This document shows positions 25,045 through 33,628 of a stretch of 64,000 nt of DNA, piece after piece. A model generated the notes under the pieces. The model did no database searches. It was not told the DNA's origin and was given only the letters and a program-made list of their open reading frames with translations. Made by a program: the position numbers and the translations under genes. The stretch is from NCBI GenBank assembly GCA_035536935.1, contig DATLNC010000183.1, positions 188 through 64,187 on the forward strand, written 5' to 3'. Each line of letters starts with the position of its first letter. The first letter of the stretch is position 1. This DNA comes from Thermoanaerobaculia bacterium (GTDB lineage: Bacteria; Acidobacteriota; Thermoanaerobaculia; Multivoradales; UBA5704).

Positions 25045-25760
25045 GGCTCCTGTTGCTCCTCGGGTGTGGACAACCGCGGGGGAGAGGTCCCCTCGAGCTC
25101 GACATCCGCGGCGACCCTGCCTTTCTCGAGCGTGATCACCCGCTTGCCGACGCGCTGGATGAGATCCCGGTCATGGGTGGCGAGGATCACCGTGGTGCCG
25201 CGCAGGTTCACCTCCAGGAAGAGGCGCAGGATCTCCCAGGAGAGGTCGGGGTCGAGGTTGCCGGTGGGCTCGTCGGCGATCAGGATGTCCGGCTCGTTGA
25301 TGAGCGCCCGGGCGATCGCCACGCGCTGCTGCTCGCCGCCGGAAAGCTCGGGCGGAAAGGCGTTGAGGCGATGGGCGAGCCCCACCCGGCGCAGCGCCTG
25401 GAAGGCGAGCTGCTTCCGGGCCGTCAGATCCTGGCCCAGGATGCGCGGCAGGTAGGTGACGTTCTCGAAGACCGTCTTGCGGGAGATCAGCCGGAAGTTC
25501 TGGAACACCACGCCGATGGTGCGCCGCAGGTAGGGGATCTTGCTGCGCGGGATCGAGGCCACGTTGCGGCCGTTGACCACGATCTGCCCTTCGGAGGGGA
25601 TCTCCTCGCGGAAGATCAGCCGCAGAAGCGTGGTCTTGCCCGCGCCGCTCGCGCCCGTGAGGAAGACGAACTGCCCGCGCGGGATCTCGAAGCTGACGTC
25701 GTTCAGCGCCGGCTCCTGGTTGCCCGGGTAGCGCTTGCTGACCTGGAAGAACTGGATCAA
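25041..25760 (-). CDS. ftsE: Cell-division ATP-binding protein FtsE
   Basis: MIQFFQVSKRY, GASGAGKTT, LSGGEQQRVAIARA, ILIADEPTGNLD. The TTG start overlaps the gatB stop (TTGA). Confidence 0.93.
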   Translation of the reverse strand: MIQFFQVSKRYPGNQEPALNDVSFEIPRGQFVFLTGASGAGKTTLLRLIFREEIPSEGQIVVNGRNVASIPRSKIPYLRRTIGVVFQNFRLISRKTVFENVTYLPRILGQDLTARKQLAFQALRRVGLAHRLNAFPPELSGGEQQRVAIARALINEPDILIADEPTGNLDPDLSWEILRLFLEVNLRGTTVILATHDRDLIQRVGKRVITLEKGRVAADVELEGTSPPRLSTPEEQQEP

Positions 25761-27214
25761 GGCACTGTTTCGCTCTCCAGCGCCTGCCGGAGAAGCTGCT
25801 GCACGACCTTGGGGTCCGCCCTGCCGCCCGACCGCTTCATCACCTGTCCCACGAGGAAGCCCATCACCTGGGCCTTGCCCGACCGCACCTGGTTGACCTG
25901 AGCGGGATGGGCCTCGATCACCTCCTCGATCCAGCGCTCGATCTGCGACGTGTCGCTCACCTGTCCCAGGCCGAGCCGCTCCAGCGCGGCGGCGGGCTCC
26001 TCGCCCGACTGCCAGACGGCGGCGAAGACCTCCTTGGCTGCGCTGTGGGAGATCTTCCCCGAGTCCACCAGGCCGACGATCGCGGCAAGGCGGGCAGGAG
26101 GAAGGACCTCATCGATCCCGATCCTGCGCTCCTTGACCTCGCGCAGCACCTCGCCCATGACCCAGTTGGCGACCCCCTTGGGATTTCCGGGGAGCGCCGA
26201 AGCCGAGGCTTCAAAGTAATCGGCGAGCTCGCGCGACGAGGTGAGCACGGAGGCGTCGGCGGCAGAGAGGCCGTACTGGGCGGCGATCCGGTTGCGCCGC
26301 TCCCAGGGCAGCTCGGGCAATCCGGCGCGCACGGCCTCGATGCGCTCGGCGGTCAACACCAGGGCCGGCAGGTCGGGCTCGGGGAAATAGCGGTAGTCGT
26401 GCGCCTCCTCCTTGCTCCGGAGCAGACGGGTCGCGCCGGTTTCGGCGTTGTAGGAGCGCGTCTCCTGGACCACCCGGCCGCCGGACTCGAGGATCTCCAC
26501 CTGGCGCCCGATCTCGTGCTCGATGGCGCGGGCCACGTTGCGGAACGAGTTGAGGTTCTTGACCTCGGCCTTGGTGCCCAGCTTGCTCTCGCCCCGGCGG
26601 CGGACGGAGACGTTGGCATCGCAGCGCAGGCTCCCCTCCTCCATGTTGGCGTCGCTCGTGCCGGTGTAGAGCAGGAGCTGGTGGAGGGTCTGCAGGTAGT
26701 CCGCGGCCTCGGCGGCGCTCGAAATGTCCGGCCGGGAGACGATTTCTACAAGGGGTACACCGCAACGGTTGAAATCCACGAGGCTCTGGCCGGGGAGCGC
26801 GCCGCCGCCCGGCGCCTCGTGCAGGAGCTTGCCCGCGTCCTCCTCGAGATGAAGGCGCTCCAGGCGCACGCTCTTCTCGTGCTGGGTCAGGGGCAGCCCG
26901 CCCCCGTCCGCGAGCGGCCGGTCGAACTGGCTGATCTGGTAGCCCTTGGGGAGGTCGGGGTAGACGTAATTCTTGCGCGCGAAGACCGAGCGCGGATGGA
27001 CGTCGGCTCCGAGGGCGAGCGCCAGCCGCGTGGCCAGGTCGACCGCCTGCCGGTTGACCACGGGCAGCGCGCCGGGGTAGCCCAGGCAGACCGGGCAGAC
27101 GAGCGTGTTCGGGGCCGCGCCGAACCGGTTCGGACAGCGGCAGAACATCTTGGTCTCGGTCAGGAGCTGGACGTGGACCTCGAGCCCGATGACCGCTTCG
27201 TACCCGTGCGACAT
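25757..27214 (-). CDS. gatB: Asp/Glu-tRNA amidotransferase subunit B
   Basis: MSHGYEAVIGLEVHVQL...CPVCLGYPGALP. Start moved to ATG 27212-27214. Confidence 0.95.
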   Translation of the reverse strand: MSHGYEAVIGLEVHVQLLTETKMFCRCPNRFGAAPNTLVCPVCLGYPGALPVVNRQAVDLATRLALALGADVHPRSVFARKNYVYPDLPKGYQISQFDRPLADGGGLPLTQHEKSVRLERLHLEEDAGKLLHEAPGGGALPGQSLVDFNRCGVPLVEIVSRPDISSAAEAADYLQTLHQLLLYTGTSDANMEEGSLRCDANVSVRRRGESKLGTKAEVKNLNSFRNVARAIEHEIGRQVEILESGGRVVQETRSYNAETGATRLLRSKEEAHDYRYFPEPDLPALVLTAERIEAVRAGLPELPWERRNRIAAQYGLSAADASVLTSSRELADYFEASASALPGNPKGVANWVMGEVLREVKERRIGIDEVLPPARLAAIVGLVDSGKISHSAAKEVFAAVWQSGEEPAAALERLGLGQVSDTSQIERWIEEVIEAHPAQVNQVRSGKAQVMGFLVGQVMKRSGGRADPKVVQQLLRQALESETVP

Positions 27215-27313
27215 ATGGGCCGGTAGTCTAGCGCAGATCGGCATGGTCCAGGGCGCGGGCACGGGAGATGCATCCGACTTTGGCATGACGGGTTCTACGG
27301 AGGTGATTGCATC

Positions 27314-27484
27314 ATGAGCGGCCTCAAAGAAGCAGAGCGGGAATTGGAGAAGGTCGAAGAGGTGCTCGCCATGGCGGACCGGGCCATCCAGATCTCGCGC
27401 GTGGAACAGGAGCGGCTTTCGTCCGATCTGGCTTCCGCGATATCCGAGAGCGAATTGAGCGGCCCGGCTGTCGAACAGGTCTAG
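27314..27484 (+). CDS. Candidate 56-aa coiled-coil protein (below the ORF-track cutoff)
   Basis: GGAGGTG lies 8 nt before ATG 27314. MSGLKEAERELEKVEEVLAMADRAIQISRVEQERLSSDLASAISESELSGPAVEQV, then TAG at 27482. Confidence 0.4.
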   Translation: MSGLKEAERELEKVEEVLAMADRAIQISRVEQERLSSDLASAISESELSGPAVEQV

Positions 27485-27492
27485 CAGGCACC

Positions 27493-28383
27493 TCACGGGC
27501 TCGGCAGCTGCGCAAGCTGCGCGGACGCCAAAGGCCTGGCGAGGATGACCGTATAGTAGGTAGGGTGTTCCGCTGCGAGGTGGGCCCGCTCGGCGTCGAT
27601 CACGGACTTGAGAAGGCCGGTTCTTTCGGCAGCAGTCAGGTGCTCCAGGCGAAGGTGTGGATGGATGACGGCCAGGAAATTGCCGCCATAGTCATGACGC
27701 TCGAGCACGTCAAAGTGGCGGTGCAAGGCATCGAGGATCTCCGAGGATCTCACGGCTTCGGTGGGGTCGCGCCAATCGACAGGCAGCTTGAGGCTCCGGG
27801 ACCTTCTTACGGAAGGAGGTAGCTGCGCAAAGATCTCGGAGGCCGCTTCGATGAGGGAGAACGACCACTCGCCACGTGAGGGCCCCACATATTCATCGAT
27901 ATACACCAGAGCTCCGGGCAGCAGCGCGGCTGCCGTGACAGAAAGGCAGGAGTCCAACTCTTCAGCATGGTGGAGAGCCTGGTGAAAGAAGGCCGCGTCG
28001 AAAGCGGCCTCGGGGAGATCGAGCGCGTTCATGTCCCCGCGTTCGTATCTTGCGCCGGTCAGGCCTTGTGCCCGGGCTTTCGCCTCGGCCAGCTGCAAAG
28101 CTTCCGTCGAGAGGTCGATGCCAAGTATGGACGTGCAGAGCCCTTTGGAGAGCAGATCGCGTTCCAGGGCGCCTTCTCCGCAGCCGATGCTGACGGCCGC
28201 CGTGAACGGTGACTGAATGACGGTTCGGAGCCATTCGATGGGCCAGACTTTCGGCGAGCCCGTAACGGATTCGTTGATGTACTCACGGACGATGGCTTCG
28301 TGCATCCAGGTCCGCAAGCTCCCTTCGGCGAAGGTGCGTCCCCAGAAGCGGCTCCCGATGTACGAGCGTAGCTTCATCCACAT
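27493..28383 (-). CDS. Class I SAM-dependent methyltransferase
   Basis: Motif I SIGCGEGALERDL, ILGIDLS, acidic loop. GC is noticeably lower than in the neighbours. The start is uncertain (28377-28407). Confidence 0.8.
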   Translation of the reverse strand: MWMKLRSYIGSRFWGRTFAEGSLRTWMHEAIVREYINESVTGSPKVWPIEWLRTVIQSPFTAAVSIGCGEGALERDLLSKGLCTSILGIDLSTEALQLAEAKARAQGLTGARYERGDMNALDLPEAAFDAAFFHQALHHAEELDSCLSVTAAALLPGALVYIDEYVGPSRGEWSFSLIEAASEIFAQLPPSVRRSRSLKLPVDWRDPTEAVRSSEILDALHRHFDVLERHDYGGNFLAVIHPHLRLEHLTAAERTGLLKSVIDAERAHLAAEHPTYYTVILARPLASAQLAQLPSP

Positions 28384-28396
28384 CTCATTCACTCGC

Positions 28397-28621
28397 GGGC
28401 AAGTCACTTCCCCACGGCCGGGAAGTCATTTCCCACAGCTCGGAAGTCACTTCCCCAGGCTGGGAAGTCATTTCCCGCAGTCCGGAAGTCACTTCCCACC
28501 CTCCGGCAGTCCTTCCGACCGTCCCGCAAGTCACTTCCCATGACCCGGAAGTCACTTCCGACCACCCGGAAGTCATTTCCCAACGCCCGGATCTCAGTTC
28601 AGAACGCCCGGAAGCTGTCTC
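28397..28621. repeat. Family-A phased palindrome array, copy 2 (11 units, inverted orientation)
   Basis: CCGGAAGTCACTTC cores start at 28397, 28419, 28440, 28461, 28482, 28503, 28524, 28545, 28566, 28587 and 28608. Confidence 0.95.
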
Positions 28622-28652
28622 CGAATAGTACTCCGGTACAATCCCTGCCCGC

Positions 28653-29273
28653 ATGAGCTACTGGGTCTGGCGCGACCATCAAGGCGATGTCGAAGTCCGG
28701 TTCACGGGCCGGGGGCCTGCCGGAGAGCGGGACGAGATCCTGGCCTGTATCGAGCGGGGCGCTCCTCCGGTCGCCTGGGCGAAGCAGATCCACTCCGCAA
28801 CGGTCCTGCCCGCCCATCCCGGACATTGCGGCGAGGGGGATGCCCTCTTCGGGGATGCTCCGGACCTCGCGCTGTCCGTGGTGACGGCCGACTGCGTGCC
28901 GGTCCTTCTCGCCGGTCCCAAGGGATTGGCGGCGGTCCACGCCGGATGGCGGGGGCTGGTCGGCGGCGTGATCCCGGCTGCGTTGGAAAAGCTTGGTGGA
29001 GCAGATACGGCCTGGATCGGTCCGGCGATCGGACCCTGCTGCTACGAGGTGGGCGAGGAGGTGGCGGAGCAGTTCCCGGAGGAAACGGTCATTCCCGGAC
29101 CCAAGCCGCACCTGGACCTGGTCGCGGCGGCCCGGCTCCAGTTGAAGGATGTCGAGGAGATCCGCGCCGTGGGGATCTGCACGCGGTGCGCGGCGGACCG
29201 GCTCTACAGCTATCGCAGGGAAGGCAAGGGGGTGGGGCGGAACGTGGCTTTCATCTGGAGGCGGTCCTCCTGA
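28653..29273 (+). CDS. pgeF: YfiH/PgeF-family (DUF152) peptidoglycan editing factor / laccase-domain protein
   Basis: QIHSATV, TADCVPVLL, AVHAGWRG, GPCCYEVG, ICTRC..LYSYRREG. Confidence 0.88.
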   Translation: MSYWVWRDHQGDVEVRFTGRGPAGERDEILACIERGAPPVAWAKQIHSATVLPAHPGHCGEGDALFGDAPDLALSVVTADCVPVLLAGPKGLAAVHAGWRGLVGGVIPAALEKLGGADTAWIGPAIGPCCYEVGEEVAEQFPEETVIPGPKPHLDLVAAARLQLKDVEEIRAVGICTRCAADRLYSYRREGKGVGRNVAFIWRRSS

Positions 29274-29406
29274 AGCTGGCCGCAAGCCGCGCCTTCCCTG
29301 GGAGCGCCGGCGTCTCGCCGGCCCACGCTCCCCGCAACCACGGTGGCCGGCCTTCGGCCAATTGTCTTCAGAATGCCGGCGGGACGCCGGCGCTCCCAGG
29401 GAAAGC

Positions 29407-30498
29407 CTACCTGGCGCCGTTCCCAGGGGAAGCGCCCCGCGCCCTGACGCCGCGCGGATCGCGGCCGAACGCCCGGAGCTGACCGCACGCGGCGCTGACG
29501 TCGTCGCCCCTCCGCCGGCGGACCGTGGCGATCAATCCCTTCTGGCGCAGCCGCTCCTGGAAGCGGTCGGTCGCCTCGTCGTCCGGCGGGATCATGCGGT
29601 CGCCCAGCACCCGGTCCGGGTTGATCGGGATCAGGTTGACCTTGGCGCGCAAGCCGCTCAGCAGCTTGACCAGGCGGTCGGCATCGCGGACGGAGTCGTT
29701 CACGTCCCGGATCAGGATGTACTCGAAGGTGATCTTGCGCCCCTTCTCCAGCGGGTAGCGGCGGAGGGCGGCCATCAGGTCGGCGAGCGGCCAGGTGCGG
29801 TTGATCGGCATGATCCCGGTGCGCTTTTCGTCGTCCGGGGCATGCAGGGAAATGGCGAGGTTGGGGCGGCGCTCCCAGGCGGCCATCTCTTCCAGGCCGG
29901 GCAGGATGCCCACGGTCGAGACGGTGATCCGGTGCGGCGAGATCCACTCGGTGAGGATGTCGAGCGCGGCTTTCACGTTTTCCAGGTTGAGCAGCGGCTC
30001 GCCCATGCCCATGAAGACGATGTTGAGCCCCTCCATGGGGAGGCTCGCATCGGCGCGGATCGCCAGCACCTGGCCCACGATCTCGCCCGCCGTGAGGTTG
30101 CGGCCCGCTCCCCAGTAGCCGGTCACGCAGAACGAGCACGCCAGGGCGCAGCCGGCCTGGCTGGAGATGCAGAACGTCCGGCGGTGGCGCTCGGGGATGT
30201 CGACCGCCTCGATGGTGGCGCCGTCGTGCAGCTTGAACAGGTACTTGCAGGTGCCGTCCGAGGCGAGCCGCTTCTCGGAGATCTCGGGCAGGCCGATGCG
30301 GAAACGCTCCGCGAGACGAGCGCGCAGGTCCTTGCCGAGGTCGGTCATCCCGGAGACGTCGCGGACGGCCCGGGCATAGAGCGCCTGATAGACCTGCTCC
30401 GCGCGGAACGGGCGGTCGATGACCGGCGCGAGCGCTTCGGCGAGGCGCTCCCGGTTCAGGCCGAGAAGGTCGGTGCGGGTCTCGATTGCGGTTTCCAT
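29407..30498 (-). CDS. rlmN: 23S rRNA/tRNA A2503-C2 methyltransferase RlmN (radical SAM)
   Basis: CISSQAGCALACSFCVTG, GMGEPL, full-length match. Confidence 0.93.
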   Translation of the reverse strand: METAIETRTDLLGLNRERLAEALAPVIDRPFRAEQVYQALYARAVRDVSGMTDLGKDLRARLAERFRIGLPEISEKRLASDGTCKYLFKLHDGATIEAVDIPERHRRTFCISSQAGCALACSFCVTGYWGAGRNLTAGEIVGQVLAIRADASLPMEGLNIVFMGMGEPLLNLENVKAALDILTEWISPHRITVSTVGILPGLEEMAAWERRPNLAISLHAPDDEKRTGIMPINRTWPLADLMAALRRYPLEKGRKITFEYILIRDVNDSVRDADRLVKLLSGLRAKVNLIPINPDRVLGDRMIPPDDEATDRFQERLRQKGLIATVRRRRGDDVSAACGQLRAFGRDPRGVRARGASPGNGAR

Positions 30499-30514
30499 GA
30501 TGCTTTTCGGACCC

Positions 30515-30626
30515 CCTCCTCGATCCTCCCGCGCTTCGCGGGAGAGGACGCCGCCTCCCTCATTATGGCAGCAGTGGGCGGGGGGCTCCCTCTCCCGCGC
30601 AGCGGGGGAGGGCTGGGGAGGGGGTT
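30515..30626. repeat. REP-like hairpin/G4 element R3 plus a degenerate partner
   Basis: 30578-30626 reads GGCTCCCTCTCCCGCGCAGCGGGGGAGGGCTGGGGAGGGGG. A degenerate hairpin CCTCCCGCGCTTCGCGGGAGAGG lies at 30523-30550. Confidence 0.75.
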
Positions 30627-30630
30627 CTTT

Positions 30631-30951
30631 TCAAGTCGCCGTGGTGCGGCGCCGGCGCAGCCGCCGGGTGGGATCGATGCCGATCGACCGCAGGAAGTTC
30701 AGGTCGCGGCCGTCGATCTGGAAGACCGGCTCGCCCGTTCCGGAGCGGAAGCTCGGGGCGGTCAGCGAGAGCGGCTCTTCGTCGAGGCTCTCCCGCTTGC
30801 AGTCGACCAGCAGGTAGAGCGCGTAGCCCTCCTCGCGGATCTTCCGCAGCGTCCGATTGACTTCCGCCGAATCGGATATCGCCTCGGAGAGAGCGCGCCG
30901 CAGCTCGCGCAGCATCTGATGGAGCTTGTCGTCCAGCTCGAGGTCCTCCAC
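30631..30951 (-). CDS. Hypothetical small protein
   Basis: 106-aa ORF with a GTG start and coding-like composition. No clear RBS and no family recognised. Confidence 0.45.
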   Translation of the reverse strand: MEDLELDDKLHQMLRELRRALSEAISDSAEVNRTLRKIREEGYALYLLVDCKRESLDEEPLSLTAPSFRSGTGEPVFQIDGRDLNFLRSIGIDPTRRLRRRRTTAT

Positions 30952-31114
30952 GGCCAGGTTTTACGGGGCCGGCTGCCGGGATTATCACCCCTGTCCCAGA
31001 GGGTGTCAAACGACGGCGAGGCATTCAACAAAAGCCCGTGCACCCGCCATTCCACAGAGGGTTGCCCGCTCGGATCGTGTTAGTCTATCGGGCCTTGCCC
31101 AGAGGGATTTTTTG

Positions 31115-32071
31115 ATGCCGCAACCCTTCGTTCAGAGCGGGCTCGAGACCTGGCTCGCCGCCGCCGGCTTCCCGGGGTGCGAGCCCCGGCAGCTGCCCGG
31201 CGACGTCTCGCCCCGGCGCTACACCCGCCTGATCGGAGCGGACGGCGGCAGCGCGATCCTCGCCACCTATCCGCCGGAGATCCGCGCCGCCTGCGCCCGC
31301 TTCCTGCGCACCACCGCGCTGCTGGAGCCGGCCGGCGTCCCCGTGCCGCGGGTGCTCGCTTCGTCCTGCGACGAGGGCTGGATGCTGGTGGAGGATCTCG
31401 GGCCGGAGACGCTGGCCGAGTGGGGCCGCGGCCGGCCGTGGAGCGAGCTGCAGCCGTACTTCGAGCGGGCGCTCGAGCTGGTGGAGCGCATCGGCCGCAT
31501 TCCCGTCGAGAGTGTGGAGGGTCTCAACCCGCGGCTCGGCGGCGAGCTGCTGCGCAAGGAGCTCGCGCAGACCTGGGACCTCTTCCTGGAGCCCAAGGGC
31601 CTCACCGGCGGCGAGCCGCTGACCCGCGCCCTGGGCGCCGCCCTGGATGCGATCTGCGCCAACCTGGACGCGGAGACTCCGATTACCTGCCATCGGGACT
31701 TCATGGTGCGCAACCTGATGCCGGTGTCGGATGGACTGGTCGTGCTCGATCATCAGGACTTGCGCCTCGGGCCTCCGGCCTACGATCTGGCCTCGCTGCT
31801 CAACGACACCCTCTTTCCACCTCCGGAGATGGAGGAGGCGCTGCTCGCCGGGGCATCTTTCGACCCGGTCAGCTATCACCGGGCCGCGGCGCAGCGCACG
31901 CTCAAGGCGATCGGCACCTATGCCTCCTTCGCCTTGCGCGGGGCCGACCGCCATCTGCCGCTCGTGCCGGCGACCCTGGGCCGCTGTCTGGCTCATCTCG
32001 CCCGGGTACCCGAGAGCGCGCCGCTGGTCTCCGACCTGGCCGAGGTCTGGTCCTCCGTGCTGATCTGCTAG
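31115..32071 (+). CDS. APH-fold phosphotransferase (AmgK-like sugar kinase family suspected)
   Basis: GDVSPRRYTRL, CHRDFMVRNLM, LDHQDLRLGPPAYDLASLLND. Confidence 0.7.
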   Translation: MPQPFVQSGLETWLAAAGFPGCEPRQLPGDVSPRRYTRLIGADGGSAILATYPPEIRAACARFLRTTALLEPAGVPVPRVLASSCDEGWMLVEDLGPETLAEWGRGRPWSELQPYFERALELVERIGRIPVESVEGLNPRLGGELLRKELAQTWDLFLEPKGLTGGEPLTRALGAALDAICANLDAETPITCHRDFMVRNLMPVSDGLVVLDHQDLRLGPPAYDLASLLNDTLFPPPEMEEALLAGASFDPVSYHRAAAQRTLKAIGTYASFALRGADRHLPLVPATLGRCLAHLARVPESAPLVSDLAEVWSSVLIC

Positions 32072-32110
32072 ACTGCCTGCGAGGGCATCTTTGCCCCAGG
32101 AGCTTGAAAC

Positions 32111-32302
32111 ATGCCTAGCCTCGGCGTCCCAGAGCTGATGATCATCTTCCTCATCATTGTCGTGTTGTTCGGCGCGTCGCGCCTGCCCCAGATCGGCAAG
32201 GGGCTCGGCGAGGGGATCAGCAATTTCAAGAAGGGGATGAAAGCGGGGAACGATACCCCGGATCAGCTCGAAGAGAAGACCGGTCCTACGCGCAATCCCT
32301 GA
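32111..32302 (+). CDS. tatA: Twin-arginine translocase subunit TatA/E
   Basis: [42 protein letters not shown]. Confidence 0.92.
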   Translation: MPSLGVPELMIIFLIIVVLFGASRLPQIGKGLGEGISNFKKGMKAGNDTPDQLEEKTGPTRNP

Positions 32303-32325
32303 AGGAAGCGCCTCAAAGGCACTCC

Positions 32326-32346
32326 GGCGCGCCATCCCGGCGCGCC
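32326..32346. terminator. Candidate bidirectional GC hairpin between convergent tatA and the SLT gene
   Basis: GGCGCGCC-atccc-GGCGCGCC, two copies of a self-complementary octamer. There is no clean T tract. Confidence 0.35.
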
Positions 32347-32352
32347 TCTCCT

Positions 32353-33099
32353 CTACCCGGCGCTCTTGACCGGCAGCGCCACGAACGGGTCCCTTCCCCA
32401 GCCCGCTTTCTTCCAGGCCTTCTCGGAGTGCCCGCGGTAGATCGCCAGCACCTTGCGCACGTATTGCCGGGTTTCCCGGAAAGGCGGCACGCCGTTGTAG
32501 CGGGCCACGGTCGCCGGTCCCGCGTTGTAGGCGGCGAGCGCCCGCTCCACGTCGCCGTCGAACTCGCGCAGCAGCCAGGACAGGTACCGGGTCCCGGATT
32601 CCAGGTTCGTATAGGGATCGAGGAGGTCGGGCGTGCCGTAGAGCCCGCCGGTCGAGGGGAGGATCTGCATCAGGCCCATCGCGCCCTTGGGTGACACGGC
32701 GTGCGGGCTGAAGCGGGACTCGGCCTCGACGACGGCGGCCACGAGCAGGCCGTCCACGCGGTGCTTCTGAGCGGTGCGCCAGATCTGGGAGCCGAAGGGG
32801 AGACCCGCGAGGACCTCGCGGCGGGCGGCCTCTGCATCCTCTTCGGGAAAGGCCTTCATCTCGCTCGGATCGCCGGCAAGGGCGGCGTCCAGGTCGCCCT
32901 GGGAGATGGCATGGAAGCTCGAGGTACCGGTCCTCGCTTGGACGACCCAGTTCGCGAGGTCTTGCAGGGCCTGGCTCTCGGGAGGGGAGTCGGGAAGGCG
33001 CAACGGGTCGGGAATGGCGGTGTCGGACGGAGTGGATTTGAAAGAAATCACCAGGAAGATCGTCGCGAGCACCGTGAACGGCACGCGTTTCGGGTTCAT
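32353..33099 (-). CDS. Lytic transglycosylase (SLT domain)
   Basis: AAGGAGGG RBS. TM/signal segment. VEAESRFSPHAVSPKGAMGLMQI, AYNAGP. Confidence 0.88.
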   Translation of the reverse strand: MNPKRVPFTVLATIFLVISFKSTPSDTAIPDPLRLPDSPPESQALQDLANWVVQARTGTSSFHAISQGDLDAALAGDPSEMKAFPEEDAEAARREVLAGLPFGSQIWRTAQKHRVDGLLVAAVVEAESRFSPHAVSPKGAMGLMQILPSTGGLYGTPDLLDPYTNLESGTRYLSWLLREFDGDVERALAAYNAGPATVARYNGVPPFRETRQYVRKVLAIYRGHSEKAWKKAGWGRDPFVALPVKSAG

Positions 33100-33247
33100 A
33101 GCCCTCCTTTGCGCGGTCGCACGGTGAGCCCGCTCCAGGATACGCCGGAGCGGACCTCGTTTGTAAATACAACAGAAACCACCCGCGAAAAACGGCGGTG
33201 GCACACGTTGACTCTGGTTGAATTTCGTGCAGGATCGGTGCCAGAAA

Positions 33248-33574
33248 CTACGAGTCCGAGAGCGGGGGCAGCTTGCGCCGGGCCGACTTCCGGTTGGCGA
33301 GCCCGTAGTCCTCCGAGGCGATCCCCAGGTCGGACACCTTGTTGCGGAGGGTGTTGCGGTGGACTCCCAGCGACTTGGCGGAGCGGCAGAAGTTGCCCCG
33401 GTTGGTCTTGAGGGAGGCCACGATGAACTGGCGCTCGAACTCCCGGCGTGCCTGCTCGAGGGTCAGGCCGCGGCGGACGAGCTCGTCGACGATTTGGAAC
33501 AGGCGTCCATTGAGGTTTTGATCGGCCAAGAACGTTTCCTCGGGGAACATTTGCGCTGCGAACCAGGGAAGCAT
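33248..33574 (-). CDS. Fis-type helix-turn-helix DNA-binding protein
   Basis: C-terminal NRGNFCRSAKSLGVHRNTLRNKVSDLGI. The start may be 33550. Confidence 0.75.
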   Translation of the reverse strand: MLPWFAAQMFPEETFLADQNLNGRLFQIVDELVRRGLTLEQARREFERQFIVASLKTNRGNFCRSAKSLGVHRNTLRNKVSDLGIASEDYGLANRKSARRKLPPLSDS

Positions 33575-33628
33575 CAGACTAGCACAGGCGCCCGGGATTG
33601 CCCAAGCGCCTGTGCGTTCAGCGAGGGG

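Noticed and set aside
27218-27295. tRNA-like string GGTAGTCTAGCGCAGATCGG upstream of gatB.
   Set aside because: There is no acceptor-stem pairing, no GTTCRANYC T-loop and no anticodon arm of proper geometry.
27307-27822. 171-aa plus-strand ORF overlapping the methyltransferase.
   Set aside because: It is antisense to a gene with clear SAM-binding motifs and has Arg/Gly-rich composition. The shorter 56-aa ORF in another frame, which has a real RBS, is the better candidate.
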